DNA of 64,000 nucleotides from Octopus vulgaris (GCA_951406725.2 OX597815.1:131378001-131442000), one strand, 5' to 3'. Counted from the first letter of the stretch, positions 36,938 to 52,501 are shown. Made by a program: numbers and translations. Notes: a model not told the origin generated them from the sequence alone.

Positions 36938-37489
36938 ACCATAAAGCTAAACATGAATATATATATACTTCTTTGTATTCCACAGATGCCAAACCCACCT
37001 ACTATTAGTTGGGAAAGAGTGGAGTGGATTTAGTCAACTGTATCATTTGAGTGGTATTTACACTATCGATCCTGCAAATATGGAATACGATGAAGACAGG
37101 CAACATATGAATCAGATCACAACAAATGTAACTAAACACAAGCATATTGTACGATGGTTTACTGCATCAGCCACCAACCACCCTCCAATTTCTAGATTAA
37201 TATTTAAAAAACAAACATAACATGAAAGAATGACAAACAGTTAATATATATGCATAAAGTGGTTTGTTTTACACCAATGATTTCGAGCCCACACAGATTA
37301 GTAAACGTATCCAGATCTCACAGATTTACTCACATATCTGCACATGTTATACAGTAATATAACTTTTCAGCAATGTTGAATTAAATTTGTGCAAAAGAGT
37401 ATAAAAATTTGTGAGGATCTTGTTTTTCTAAATATGGAAAGAGGAGAAAGGGAGAACGCCAGAGAGAAAAGTTATACGTACATGCATAT

Positions 37490-37528
<39 letters not shown>

Positions 37529-37561
37529 CACACATATATATACATATATATGCATATAAAT

Positions 37562-37604
<43 letters not shown>

Positions 37605-37852
37605 CATACATGCATACATACATATATACACATATATATGCATGTGCATGTACATAAAAGTTCATTTATACGTATGTATGTAAATGCGTTCATGTGTGTG
37701 TTTATGTATATATATATATTTGTATATATATGTGTGTATGTGTGTGTATTAGCACGTAAGCATAAATATACATGCATACGAACATTCATACGCGCATACA
37801 TGCATTCATAGATATAGATACACGTACCGTCTACTCGTATGTTGAGAGATAC

Positions 37853-37898
<46 letters not shown>

Positions 37899-38231
37899 GA
37901 CAAGGGTTCTTCTATATAATTGTAAATTTACAAATAACTTTCACACACGTACAAGAACGTGATTACACATACATGAACGAATACTCACACACATATACAC
38001 ACTCACTGAAATGTATATACACACAAACACATGCAAACAAAATATAAATACATATATGTTTGTTGAACAGGTGTTTTGAATTATCAGAAAACTATGTTAA
38101 ATAAATACCCGAAGATGTAGTTATATTCATTTTTTTAAATGAATTTTCCCTCCAGCCCTGTCTCGTACTGTTCATAACTTTACATAAATATATGCATCCT
38201 ATATATATACGTACATAGATACACACACACA

Positions 38232-38295
<64 letters not shown>

Positions 38296-40534
38296 CATAA
38301 ATATATATATATGTGTGTGTGTATATATATATATATGTATGTATGTATGAGTGTATATGTGTGCATTTACGTGTGTTTGTATGTACGTTTGCATTCATAT
38401 ATATGCATGTATAACTACATATATCTATATGTATATGTATCTATACCTATGTATTTATACACACATACATGGACATATATACACATACACACACATACAT
38501 ATATGTATGTATATACATATATATAGTTTATGTGAATATGTATAAATGTATTGATCTATATGAATATATATGTGTATGTGTGCGTACGTGTTTGAGTGTT
38601 TGTGTAGCTGTGTACGTATGAGTATAATTTAATAATCACTTAGGTTTGTTGAAAGAATAAATTAGTGTACACTGAGTGATATTAATCATGCGTTGACAAA
38701 CAGAAAGGGAAGAAAATTGTTAACTCAGTTGGAGGAAACCACACATATTTCAGATAACTGGTGCCAAACACAAGACCTTATTAATACAATCAGGATTTGA
38801 ACTTTCACATTTTTATTAATATGCCAGAGTTTACATCAACTTGATATAATATAATACTTTGGCTCTTCTATGTTAATAATTCCAGCTTTTTCTGAGAAAA
38901 TATCATCTCAATGTAAATTCGTATTGACTGAATTCTTAAAATTTAATTGGAGATATAGAAATTTAGAAGTGAATTCATGAGCTTAGAAGTGTTGATATGC
39001 CGTGGAGAGAAAAAGAGTCTGAGGTTTCGTGACAGAGGAAATACAGTTGCTTTCTTTTCTCTTAGATAATGAGCCAGTTATAAAATTTGTATTTTTCTTC
39101 TACTCAAGTTATTCGAACTTTCCTACAAACTTCAGTTTAGTATTTTTACCGGTGTAGGCCACTATCTTTCTCTTTGTGCTCTGCATGTTGTGTACTGAAA
39201 TGTTGCCATCCATAGAACCGCAATGGCAGCTAGAAATAATAGACATATTTCCATAGTATCACCCTTTATTTTCTTCAATGAGCAGGAGAGTTGGTCGTTG
39301 GAAATCTAGTCCTGGACACATAAGAAGAAACGTGTTGGTCATATCATGACCAGATCATCTTCGATCGTGGTTCTGTTGAATCAGAGGTGACCTGAGTCCA
39401 AGCAATATTGCAGTGTAATGTAAAACTCATTAACTTTACACAGTTTCTCACTGAGTATAGAAGTAAGATGTAACAACCCTACAGTATCTGTTTACATGTA
39501 GGTCGTCTTAAAGCTGAATAGTCAGAAGCCTGAACGTAGTTTATTGCTGCTTTTGACAGAATATGAAAATTCCTACCCTTAAGCTTATTGTTCAATATAT
39601 TCTCCGTTCAGCTATCCATGATTCTCAATTAAATTACAATGTCTTTAAAATAACGTCTTATGTGGTATGACTACTTAAAGTAAACTTTTATTGATCTCAG
39701 CTCAGTCTGTTCATGAAGTCAAACTGTGTCATAAAATATGTTCTTTTAGTGAAGACGTGCGCCATCTTACTTTATTCGGATTGTTATTGACTATGTATTG
39801 AAAATACAGAAATCAATAAAGTAACCCTGTAGTGACCATAAAATTGAACTGTATATCAGAATTGTGTGTGTGTATGTTATAGAGGAGGTGGTGGGGTAAC
39901 GTAACTTATTAACATTATTCATGAGATTTATCAACATCAGTGATCTAAGTATATTCCAGAACGAGATAGTCAGATTCTTTGAAAGATATACTGGATAAAT
40001 ATTAAATCTGATAAACATAAAGTCAAATTAATCATCTTATAATAAAACAAAAGTGATATAACTGACAAAATAAACAAGTTCTTTGAGCTGTTGTTAAAGC
40101 GTTAAGAAGGAAAATTATGATATTCCAATTTAGGTCGATCAGATGAAAACAACAACAATGAATAATTTTATTGCTGCTGACATGACTGAGTGTTTAAGAA
40201 ACTCGCTTTGCAATCACGCTGTTTTGTGTTCGGTCGCAGTGCTCACCGCCTTGGGTAAATCTTTTTTGATAGGGCAGTTTGCCAACCAATGCCTAGTAAG
40301 TCTGGCAGACGTAAGCTGTGAGAAAGCTTATACACACACACACAGGGATACACCCACACACAGGCATACACACACACACATAAGTATGTATGAACGTATG
40401 TATGTGTTTGATAAATGCCAATGTATGAAACTCTCGGTCCTTGAATCCCTCTGTTGCATCTGTTAAACATTAATAAAAATATACATACATTCATATTGTG
40501 AGTTCTATTTTCCTGTTTGCATCAACATACCTGA

Positions 40535-40673
<139 letters not shown>

Positions 40674-40764
40674 GGAGAGAGAGAGAGAGAGATAGGTTTC
40701 AAAGAAAAAAGACTACACGTGATATAAATAGGGGAAAAGTAAAAAGAAACCAGAAAATGCAGAT

Positions 40765-42235
40765 TAGATATAAAAAATAAAGGATTTTTAAAGAAAAGCA
40801 AAGCTATATTTAAATGAGAACTGGAAGAGGTACTTAGATGATTGCTTTATACTTTGGAACGATAGCATGGACAAACTCCTGGATTTCAAAATAATGCTCA
40901 AAAATACCAATAGCAACATACAATTCACCATGGAACACAGCAATAAACAAGTTCCTTTTCTTGATATACTAATTAAAATAGTCAATAACCACATCGAAAC
41001 GGACATCTTCTATAAACCCACAGATTGAAAACAATACATATTATTTAACTCATGTCACTCCAAACACATAAAAATTAATATACATTATATTCGAGCGAAA
41101 AGAATCTGTACCATAGTTTCGGACACCAATACTCGTGAACGAAGATTTCCTGAACTTAAATCAACACTAATCAAGAGACATTACCCAACATGATTAATAA
41201 ATGATGAGATTAAACGAGCAAAAGAAATAGACATATAAACAGTAAGGGAAGTTAACCGAAATACTACACCAGATTTAAAAATACTGCCATACATCTCCAC
41301 ACACAATCCTAGAAACAATGAGGCCTTCGACACCATCATCGAAAATCTACCCATTCTGATTGGAGATAAAACAATTAACAAAATTCTAAGCTCACACAAA
41401 ATTATCAAGAGCAAAATGCAACCAAAATCACTGAAAAAAATATTAACCAGCGCAAGACTATATCCATTAACAACGGAACCAAAAGCGAAAACATGCGGGC
41501 GGCCTAACCGTGGCATATGCCCCCACATTTTGGCGAGTACAGTGTTTCACTTCAAACAAGGTGAAATATTTAAGATAACATCAAATTTCACCTGTGCCTC
41601 TGAAAATTTGATCTATGCTATTATCTGCTTAGGGTGCAGAACTCACTATTTAAGCCAAACAGGAATGTCACTCCGACGAAGAACAACTCTTCACAAAGAA
41701 CAAATCCGCTACCCACAATATAGGTAGACACAGCTCAGTGAGCACATAGAAAGATGTGCTAGGAACCTTAAACCGAACTTCCTGATTTTCCCTTTTTATC
41801 AATGTTCACAGAACACCTCAATATAGCAAAGATCAAACAAAGAGGCAAGTTTCATTAATAAATATCATCCACAACTCAACATGAATACACAACTTAATAC
41901 AGGACACTACTAACCTTACCAATACCAATAATTCCCACTACTCTCCATACATCCCATACACCATCCATATTCCAGTATTTATATCCACTTTAATTGCATG
42001 ACATCCAGAACTGCTTACCTCTCTTGCATGTAATCTTTTAACTCAGGTGCTATTAGACCCAACACCGTTTGGATATCGGTGTTCTATAATGATTCATAAT
42101 AAAGATTTATATGCTTCTTAATTCTACTTCAGATAATCTAATTGTATGTATACATCTTTGCTTTACTTAAAAAACCCTTTATGTTTTCATATCTAATGTG
42201 CATTTTCTCCCTTTTCTTTTTATTCCCCCCTATAC
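40765..42235 (+). mobile_element. Penelope-like element (Neptune-like), RT C-half plus GIY-YIG, degenerate
   Basis: RYLDDCFILW, IQFTME, VPFLDILI, TDIFYKPTD, Cys-rich linker CGRPNRGICPH, and NFTCASENLIYAIICLGC..YLSQTG..LRRRTTLH. It carries in-frame stops. Confidence 0.92.
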
Positions 42236-42266
<31 letters not shown>

Positions 42267-42268
42267 TG

Positions 42269-42302
<34 letters not shown>

Positions 42303-43374
42303 TACATATTATATATATATACATACATATATATGTATTATATGTATATATACATACATATATATTATCTATGTATATATATACACGCAAGTGTGCGTGG
42401 ATGTTTTTGGGCCTATGCTTGTCGTCCCCATTGCTTGGTAATCGGTTTGTTTGCATTCACGTTACTTAATAGTTCAACAAAAATGACCGTAAGAATACGT
42501 ACCAGATTGTGAAAATAAGTGCTAGCCTCGATTTGTTCAACTAAGACGGTGCCCCCAGCATGGCTGCGGTCCAACGACCGAAACACGTATAGGATGAAAA
42601 AAAATATATCCGACGTTCTACCGTCTCTACAATATGTGATCGTCACTTTTATAGCAATAAAGATTACTAGTTTACAAGAGGATTGCAGTTGATGATTTGT
42701 GTTCCGTATTGACTCTGACAATGACATATGATCGATTGGTTTCAATCTGCGTGGAGAAGAATTGGTATATCATACAATATGCTAATTTTATCGTTTGCTG
42801 TGAGCTTGTCTGCTCAACGTTTGCATCATATCTTTTATGATGTATTTTGTGATAGGACACTTTTGTGATGGAGCACTTTGCCAACCAATGCCTTGCGAAT
42901 CTGTCAGACGTAAACTGTGAGAAATGTCTGCTATTTGAACGCTCCTGTAGTACTATGTGCACACACACACACACACACACACACATACATATACACGCAC
43001 ACGCACACACACAATCGTTCTGCTTCGACAAATTGCGAATAACCAGATACTATTTAACCGAATATTTCTTGGCATTTATGGATTTTATACTTATATCTGA
43101 AAGTGTAGGCTATTTGCACTTTATTACGTAGGTTTTGATATTTACTAGTGGGACGAATTTGGCTTTATCGTTCAGTGGAATATAATCCTTTGGTTTCATC
43201 TTTGAGTCATGAGCCAATCAACTCGTGTTGAAATTCTTTTCGATCCAGGTGTTCTTTAGGTGATTGTGATCTTCAAGTGAATAAGAAATCATAACCTGTG
43301 AAACCTGTACTGAGAACTCACGATTTATTCGTTTGACTTAAATCAACATACGTAAATGAATATATATATAAATA

Positions 43375-43790
43375 TATATCCGATAAATAATATGGGTTTT
43401 TAATACTTCTTATATATTTCAAAATTAAGAAAAACGAAGTTCTATTTTAATCTAAAATAGACTCTCCTTCATTTTCTACAATGCTCTTCCATGTATCTGG
43501 TAGATTTGGAAGGCCGCTCCTCCAAAATTCACTTGTCCGTGACGAAAAATACTCATTCGTTACTATTCTGATCGCGTCTACAGAATTCATATTTTTTCCG
43601 TCCAAATGATTTTGAAGACTGCAGAATAAATGATAATCACATGGAACAATGTCCGGTGAATATGTTAGGAGGGGCATCGCTTACCATTCAGACTGCTCTG
43701 GCCTTTGGAATGTCATCCTCGCTGTATGTGGCCGAGCATTGTCCTCATGGAAGAATACCTTTCATCTTGAAGCCAGAGATGCTCATTTTC
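43375..43790 (-). mobile_element. mariner/Tc1 transposase C-terminal remnant
   Basis: FHEDNARPHTA...YSPDIVPCDYHLFCSLQNHL...LPDTWKSIVENEGESILD*. Confidence 0.9.
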
Positions 43791-43869
43791 CGATAATAAT
43801 CATTAATATCATATAACGAATATGATTTATTAATTCCATCCATGAACGCCGTTTATTAGAGAGATGATG

Positions 43870-44098
43870 ATTTATTTACAGTATTTACATTTGTTATTTG
43901 TCCTCATCTTGTTTGTTGTTAACACAACGTTTCGAGTGATGTACACTCCAGCCTTCATCAAGTGTCCTGGGGGAATTTCGAACCTGGGTTCTCATTCCCA
44001 AGGTATTTTTGTCGATGTTATTGTTATCGAACTCGGTATCTTGGGATTAGTAGCCCACGCTCTTAACTACTACGCCATATACCCGTGTGCAATTATGA
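43870..44098 (-). mobile_element. tRNA-like head followed by a minimal hammerhead (retrozyme-like monomer)
   Basis: Minus strand TGGCGTAGTAGTTAAGAGCGTGGGCTACTAATCCCAAGATACCGAGTTCGAT (A/B boxes), then ACAC-TTGATGA-AGGCTG...GAAAC-GTT-GTGT at 43922-43965. Confidence 0.6.
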
Positions 44099-46524
44099 AG
44101 TGAATTTTAGGGCTTAAAAATGTAAGAAACGTCAAATGTACATAATGTAAATTGCCGTTTATAGCTGTCTATAAAATGTCTTCCGAGACATGCTTAGTAA
44201 CTAGGATTGAACCTATTGATGTTTTCGAGGTTTCATTTATTTATTTTATTCAAATTTCGCATTGGCATATCTTTGATTTGAAAACAGAACGTGATTTCTT
44301 CTAGAATCTTTTCTTTTGAATATTTCATGAGCTATTATCATTTTCTGAAAACTTTTCTTTCACTTCTTCAAACATTTTAGTTCTGTCCATATTACTTTTC
44401 TCAATATTTTTATATTAATTACATACATACATACATAACTACATACATGCATGCATATACATCCATATACATGAATATGCAAAAATATATACATATTTAT
44501 GTATGTATGTATGTATGTATGAATGTATGTATGTATCTATATCTATGTATATATATATATATATATATATATGTTTACTTTACTGTTATATACACATCTC
44601 TTGGAAATCCTTACAGAAACAATAAGTTCGATATTTTCTCCGAAATCTTCTGGGAAATGTTTGTTGAACGTAATTTTCATTGATTATTTAAATTCAAATT
44701 TAATTTTCTTTCACGTTCTTCATTTGATTACATTTGTAGCGTGTTCTCTTTCTCAAAGAATGCCCAAACCGTTCTTTTAAAATAATAAAAATTTCTATTC
44801 ATTAATTTATATAAAAAAGAAAAATGTTTGCATTTTCTCTTCAGCTATTTCATCTGGAACGTATTAGAAGTATTTACACATTTCTTGTTTTGAAGTTGTT
44901 TTCCATACAGCTGAGACCGTCAATTTATCAAGGTTCAATATTAACAAGTAGGGAAAAAAATCGGTTTTCATGTTCTTACAATTTATTTGTTATGAAAACA
45001 GTTGGTCTTGGTTTTATTTAGTGTGTGACGATTATCAATCGAACTACAAACCTATAATAGGATTAGTACTTTAGGGATCTACTGTTAAAATAATTTTATA
45101 ATGTTCAGCATTATTAATACATTGACATGATTTTGTTTTCTGTGCTAGAATAGATGAAAGAACTTGTGGTTCTCTGTTCTTCCATTTTTCCCAACTTTGA
45201 TTAAATCGTCTCTGAAAATTAATAATCTGAAATCACTTATAATTAATCATATCTAAACTAATTCTCTTTATTGTATAGTTTTTCTTTATGTTATATTTTT
45301 ATCAGTTCTGTATCACGTATTCTAATTAATATATCTTGGAAAGCAAACCAAGCAGTGACCTGTGGCATTTATTAATTGCTGGTTATATTAGTTATTTGCG
45401 GAAAAATATGTATCATAAAAATCCAGAAAAAATATTTAAAATATTTCATTAGTAATGTCGAAAATAGAATTTCATTCAACAAAAAATAATCCCCCGAAGA
45501 GAGACGGATGTATACGAAAAGAAACTGCAAGATAAAGTTAAATCAAAGATGTAATTATCAGTAATGGAAGTAGATAGAATCAGATGAGTGTTGAACAAAA
45601 AAATCTTGTATTAGCTTAATTAATTTTCAGTTTTGGTTCAAATTTCGCACAAATTCAGTTAGTTTCCATCCCATTGATATTGGTTTCATGTTTTGGACCA
45701 AAGTCAGCAATTTCGGACGAAGAGGTCAGCGATTACATCAACACCAGTGTTCAACTGGTACTTATTTTATCGACCCCGAAAAGTTGAAAAGTAAAGTTAT
45801 TTGAACTCAGAAGGTAAACGCGGAAGAGATGCAGGCAAGCATTTTCTCTAGCGCGGTTGTGCCGGCTTGCTGCCTTATTTCACCCCTTGGGTATTAAAAA
45901 GTAAAACCGATACCCATCAAATTCAGTAGATCCAAATAATAGACAGTGCATTATGGTTGTGCCGCTGAATAGTCAACGTCGAAAGACTGAAATCATATTA
46001 GAATCCTCCTCCTCCTCATCATCATCATCAATAGACACTTCATCCTCATCAACATCAACAATACCACTCTCCCTCAGTATCATTATGTCCACTTTACTCT
46101 CATACTGGTATGGGCTTTATGTCTGCTCTGCAATATATCACCGATCGTCTCTGGCTTTTATCAGCATACTCTACTTTAACAATCATCATATTCATAGCCA
46201 ACATCATCGTTGTCTTCATTATAATCGTCGTTATAGTCGTCGTCGTCATCGTCATCGTCGTCATCATCATCATCATCATCATCATCATCAAGATAGTCAC
46301 TCGTTTTGATAAAGGCCAATGCGCTGAGATAATCGTTTCTCATAATTTTCTTTGTTAAACTTTCACTTAAGCAAGTAAACATTTTACAGTACATTGTACT
46401 ATTTCCACCTAGAATTCATCATGAAACCAAAACAAGAAGACAACTGACAGAAGACAGACCTGTCATCGCTTGTCGATAACTGAACCGAAGATGATATTCG
46501 ACAAATAACTGGAAGTGAAGTAAA

Positions 46525-46607
<83 letters not shown>

Positions 46608-46609
46608 GT

Positions 46610-46808
46610 TAGTGAGCAAAAATCTCGAGAAGTACGTGGAATGAATAAGGGCTGTAATAAGGGTGGAGCATTTACAGAAAACAGCACTGCTTGGAACCGG
46701 TCGAATACGCCTGAAGGTGCTCTAAAAGTGAGAGGTGTTACCTTAGTTCACTGGTAGTGAACAGCTGACACTGTAGTACATCTCCAGCGTTAGAAGCTGT
46801 GCAAAGGC
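46610..46808 (+). mobile_element. Short R4/Dong-like 3' end between (TAA)n tracts
   Basis: RVEHLQKTALLGTGRI..KVL* followed by a UTR and (TAA)n. Confidence 0.7.
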
Positions 46809-46870
<62 letters not shown>

Positions 46871-46884
46871 TAATAATGATAATA

Positions 46885-48560
46885 AGGCTTTTGATAGCCA
46901 CACGTGCATCCTCGCCATAAACAAGGTAGCACCAATAATTATAAAATACATAAGACACTCCATGAATAAATGGCAGACAGTGCTACAGCTCCAAACAAAA
47001 GAGGGACTCGCGAAAACCAAAGCCATCCGCCATTAGAATAGGAATATTCCAAGGAGACACGCTCTCTCCACTCCTTTTCAGCTTGGCATTGACAGCTCTA
47101 TCTGACATGCTAAATAGAACTGGATGCGGATATAAATGTTACGGCTAAATATCAGCCACCTTTTTACATATGGATGACCTAAAACTATAGGCTACAAATG
47201 ATAAACTGCTGAAAACATTACAAAAGACTGTACATGGATTTACCAAAGAAATAGATATGAAATTTGAATTAGAAAAATGTGCCAAAGCAACCCTGAAAAG
47301 GAGAAAATTAGATAAGAGTAGCAACATCACATTAGAAAAAACCAATGAAATAAGAGAATTAGACCAAAGCCAGATATACAAATATTTAGGAATCCATGAA
47401 CTAGATATGATACAACACACGCAAATGTAAGAGAAAATAAAGAAAAATACAATAGACGAGATAGATCAATAATAAAAACAGAGCTCAATGCTAAAAACAA
47501 GATAATAGATATTAACACTTTAATCATTCCAGTTATGAGTTACAACTACAATATCCTTAACTGGACACTAAATGAACTAACCAAAATACAGGAACACAAG
47601 AAAAATAATAACAGGATCTAGGATGCACCACCCAAAATCTGGCTATATGTACAACGTATTGAAGGTGGTAGAGGCCTTATACAGCTGGAAAACTATTATA
47701 AACGATGGCAAGAAAAGCCCCTTCATGGCAAAAACTGGGCTAAACTAAATGCAAAAGAAATAGACAGAGAAAAATCTCAGCAATGGTTGAAGAGCTCAGG
47801 ACTCAAACAGAGACAGGGGGATTTTTAATTGCAGCACAAGCTCAAAGCCTCCCTACCAGAAATTACCAAAAACATACAGTGAAAAGAAACATACGAAGTA
47901 ACTGCAGAATATGTGGAGATGGACAAGAAACAATAAATCATATTATCTCTGGCTGCCCAGCCCTGGCTGAGAAGGAATATATTCACAGACACGACAGAGT
48001 TGGGACCTACATACACCGGAAGCTATGCCAACGCTATAGAAGAACAATAGAAAAAAATGGTATAGTCATACACCAGAAAAGGTCATAGAAAACGAGAAAG
48101 CAACCATAATCTGAGATATCCCAATACACACAGAGAAATTAAGGCCAACAGGCCAGATATAGATGTCAGAGGTCATGAAGAAAAAAGTGCTTTCTAATTG
48201 ATTAATCAATACCAACAGATGACAATGTTTCTCTAAAAGAAATGGTGAAACTTTCAAAATACAAAGACCTGGAAATAGGGATAACTCGAATGTGGCATCT
48301 AAAAACAGAAACAATTCCTATCATAGTAGGCGCATTAGGTATGATAAAAAATATTCAGACAAATGCATAACAAAAACAGCAAGACTTACAAATATATATA
48401 ACATACAGAAAATTGCACTACTGGGCACTGCACACATCCTACGCAAATCACTTTCAATACAGTAACCATCAGAGCATCACAACAAACCCCAGCACATACT
48501 TAAGGAACACAGAACTGCGCTCGGTAGTGAAGTAAAAGCACACTATAAAAATAAAACTAT
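46885..48560 (+). mobile_element. R4/Dong-like RLE LINE (RT, CCHC knuckle, restriction-like endonuclease), degenerate
   Basis: GIFQGDTLSP, HLFYMDDLKL, YKYLGI, GGRGL, ETGGFLIAAQ..CRICGDGQETINHIISGC..YIHRHDRV, NRPDI and QKIALLGTAHILRK. (TAA)n lies on both sides. Confidence 0.92.
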
Positions 48561-48575
48561 TGAATAATAATGATG

Positions 48576-48632
<57 letters not shown>

Positions 48633-48676
48633 TGACTTTTGAAAAAACATGAAATACTTCATGACTGCATAGCTCT

Positions 48677-49003
48677 GAGACCCCCTTCGGTCATGACTGA
48701 GCATGGGATTGCACCAAGAAAGTTATCCCCACCAGGCACAAGTCCGGCGGCAAGGTTGTTTATGAAATACTAGCATACCTGCCTCCCCTCTCCACGACAC
48801 CAGTGTTATCCAAGGGTAAGGCAAAGGCCGATACAGCTTGGCGCCTATGACGTCGCAACTCATTTCTACAGCTGAGTGAACTGGAGCAACGTGAAATGAA
48901 GTGTCTTGCTCAAGAACACAACACGCAGCCCAGTCCGGGATTCGAACTCAAAACCTCACGATCGTAAGCTCGACGCTCTAACTACGGAGACATGCGCCTT
49001 CAC
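48677..49003 (-). mobile_element. SINE with family C head and a third body/tail, 10-bp TSD
   Basis: GCATAGCTCT at 48667-48676 and 49004-49013. The head is GTGAAGGCGCATG...GAGTTCGAATCCC. Confidence 0.85.
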
Positions 49004-49461
49004 GCATAGCTCTAAGGACTAATTATATTTCTACATTCACTGTCTTAGCTATAACGGAAAATCTGAATAGGAAATGGGAACTATCAATACAACTAGCAAA
49101 CTTTTTCCATAAATCTTACTTTTTATGTTAAATATTTTTCATTTTATTATGATTGAAGTACATAGCTTCAGGATAAATAACTTAAATATTTGTTATCAAT
49201 TTTCATGATAGGTATACTAAAGACATAGAATTTGGCTGAATAAAAAGTAAGTTTTATTTTGTATGAATTACAAATATTTTTACAAATATTATTAATTTAA
49301 ACTCATAACAACTTTTGTTTGTTTTCGTCTAAGATATTAAATTAATTTCCATTTCATTTTTTTTTTCTGAAGCAAAAGACGAGTTGAAGAAAATTATTGA
49401 GCTGAAGTAAAGATAAGGAAAAAATCAAATAATTTACAATAAATTATACACACCAGTACAA

Positions 49462-49506
<45 letters not shown>

Positions 49507-49786
49507 CTCTTACACCCACACAAATTACATACATTCATACGTATATATCCTTTAAATACGTAGTCAGGCAATTTACAGTTTTCTTTACGAGATCAAAGAG
49601 AGGAATTTTATCTTGAAGAACTATTAATAGAATTATTATGTCTGAAATTAGATGATCAAATTAGAGAACTTACACGTGTATATATATACACGTGTATATA
49701 TACATACATGGATGCATACGTACATACATGAATGCATACATACATGCGTAATACTTATCTATGCATGTGTGTATGTATATGTATAT

Positions 49787-49944
49787 AGGCGTGGCTGTGT
49801 GGCAAGAACCTTGCTTTCCAATTCCATGCCAGCGGGCTCAGTCTCACTGCGTGGCACATTGGGCAAGTTTCTTCTACTATAGCCTCGGGTCGACCAAAGC
49901 GCTGTGAGTGGATTTGGTAGACGGAAACTGAAAAAAGCCCGTCG

Positions 49945-49976
<32 letters not shown>

Positions 49977-50190
49977 TAATGTGTTTGTGTGTCTGTGTTT
50001 GTCCCACATCATCACTTGACAACCGATGTTGATGTGTTTAAGTCCCCGTAACCAGCGGTTCGGCAAAAGAGACCGATAGAGTAAGTACTAGGCTTACAAA
50101 GAAGAAGTTCTGAGGTCTATTTGTTCGACTAAAGGCTGTGCTCCAGCATGGCCGCAATCAAATGACTGAAACAAGTAAAAGAATAAAATA
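49787..50190 (+). mobile_element. Full-length SINE family A (reference copy)
   Basis: tRNA-like head, CORE-like TTGGGCAAGT, internal (TA)n, tail GTGCTCCAGCATGGCCGCA..AAATGACTGAAAC and an A-rich end. Confidence 0.9.
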
Positions 50191-50235
<45 letters not shown>

Positions 50236-50263
50236 GGTATGTACATCTATATCTATATACCTT

Positions 50264-50294
<31 letters not shown>

Positions 50295-51099
50295 TGGTAT
50301 GTACATCTATATCTATATACCTTTATATACCTTTATATATATGTGTGTGAGTATGTATGTTTGTGTGCATATGTGTGTTTGTGTGTATGAGAAGGCATGT
50401 GGCTATCGTATATCGCTCGTGAGTTCGATTCCTAGCGGTGCGCTGTTTCCTTGCGCAAGACATTATATTTTTCGTTGCTCCAGTCAACATTGCTGGCAAA
50501 AATGAGTTACTCCAGTAATGTATGTCATTATTCAGTTTATTCCAAGATTTCTTTGCCAATAGAGAAAGAACAGGTTTCTAACCTAGATCTAGCGTTCCTT
50601 CATTGAAATTGAAACATCAACAACACGATATTTTTGCATGTATGTATGTATGTATGTATGTATGTATGTATGTATGCATGTATGTATGTATGTATGTATG
50701 TGTATATGTATGTGTGTATGTATGTAATCTAATTTGAGCAGCCGAATATAGCAGCGAATATTTGTTACAAATTCTCTACAATCGTTAAAACAACTATATA
50801 ATGAAAGACAAGAATAAGAAAGTTTGAACTGATAACTTTGGGATTAATTAGTGCACTTAAACACATCATGTTTGACGACACTTTATTTTTTTCTATATAA
50901 ATAGAAGTTAATTAAAGCATACAGAGAGTAGTTGAGCAAATGTAACGTTTCCTCTGCTTAGATTTTGTATGACTCTCATACGAGATGATTTGTTTTCATT
51001 CAACAATAAATACTGTTGTTTTGTGTGGTAAGAAGCTTTCTTCCCAACTTCATAGTACGAGATCAGTCCCACTGCGTGGCACGTTGGGCAAGTGTTCTC

Positions 51100-51140
<41 letters not shown>

Positions 51141-51736
51141 CTCTCTCTCTCTCTCACATACACACATACACACACGCTAAAACAACTATGAACTAATTAT
51201 AGTTCTTAAATCTGACAGAAAAATGTAGGTAGGTTCGCTGGAGTAATCGGTGCCACACTTAGTCGTATAAACAAAGAGGAAAGGGTTCGAGTTCCACATA
51301 TACGGGAAAACCTACTTTTTCTGTTGAGGGCTTATATGCCCAATTATTAGACTATTTTCTTTAGTTATTGCACCGTGATTGCCATAAGCTTTAAGCTTAT
51401 AAAATACTATTATTATTATTTACAGAATTGTAAATATTGACACTGCTTAAGATAACCATTTGCAGTAAAAGAATATGAGGGGTTCAGTTCACTGATGATC
51501 TAAACAAGTAAGTACGCTGTATAAGTGCTATAATTATTCAGACGTTAAGTTTCAAGTCACAGCTGAGGCTGAAACTAGGCATCTATGTTAGGCCTCCGAG
51601 TCAGCAGGTATATATTATATTAGAGGTAAAAGGACAACAAAAATTAATTACTGCAAATTCATCTTACATTAATTAAATATTCTAAACGACTTGACATATG
51701 CGTCATGCCTTGCTTTCTGTTTTCCCTTTTCCTCTA

Positions 51737-51773
<37 letters not shown>

Positions 51774-52501
51774 AATCACGTGATCACCTGACCGACCAAG
51801 TTATCAGATGTTGCTACACACCGCTTGTCACAATGCGCTCCGTATTGATTTAGCCTTCAAAGGACGCCACCCCGTTGGCTAAGTGAGCAGGCCAATATAT
51901 ATATATATATATAAGGGATATATCACAGGCACCAAATTACATAACAAAAAATTCCTGGTGTAGATAATATCCGACTACTTCAGAGCATGTCATAAGTATA
52001 TGATCAGTAGGGGAATATCACGCATTTGATTACCATTACATCTTCCACAGAATACAAATCTCCGTGTGTCACAGAATATCTATAAAAGTATATACACTTG
52101 AAGAAGAGAGCATGTGGCTCAGATACATTGAATCCGAGGAAATTGAAAATAAAATAAAAATAAAAATAAAAATTTTGATAATATAGTTGCAAAACACATG
52201 CTCTCATTTCTTTAGATTGTAATCAATAATTAATTTTCACATTGAAAACATGCATCCATTTTTCTTGATATGGTATAAAAGATTCAAAGTCATAGACATT
52301 TTAATGCATTTCACGATAATAAATTTCGTTTTATGTTTTTAAAACAGCAATGTTGTTACAGAAAAATATAAACCTTTCAGTCTCCATTATCTATTGCAGT
52401 AATAACAATTTATCAGGCTGGTTACTTTGATATTCCAATGAAAATATGTTAATGGAGTAGAATGCTAATTTCTTCATTTGTTGCCAGAGTGTGTATAATC
52501 A

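Noticed and set aside
51965-52220. Hammerhead built from the GAGCATGT inverted repeats
   Set aside because: An 11-bp helix and core-like words exist, but no consistent stem I can be drawn on either strand.
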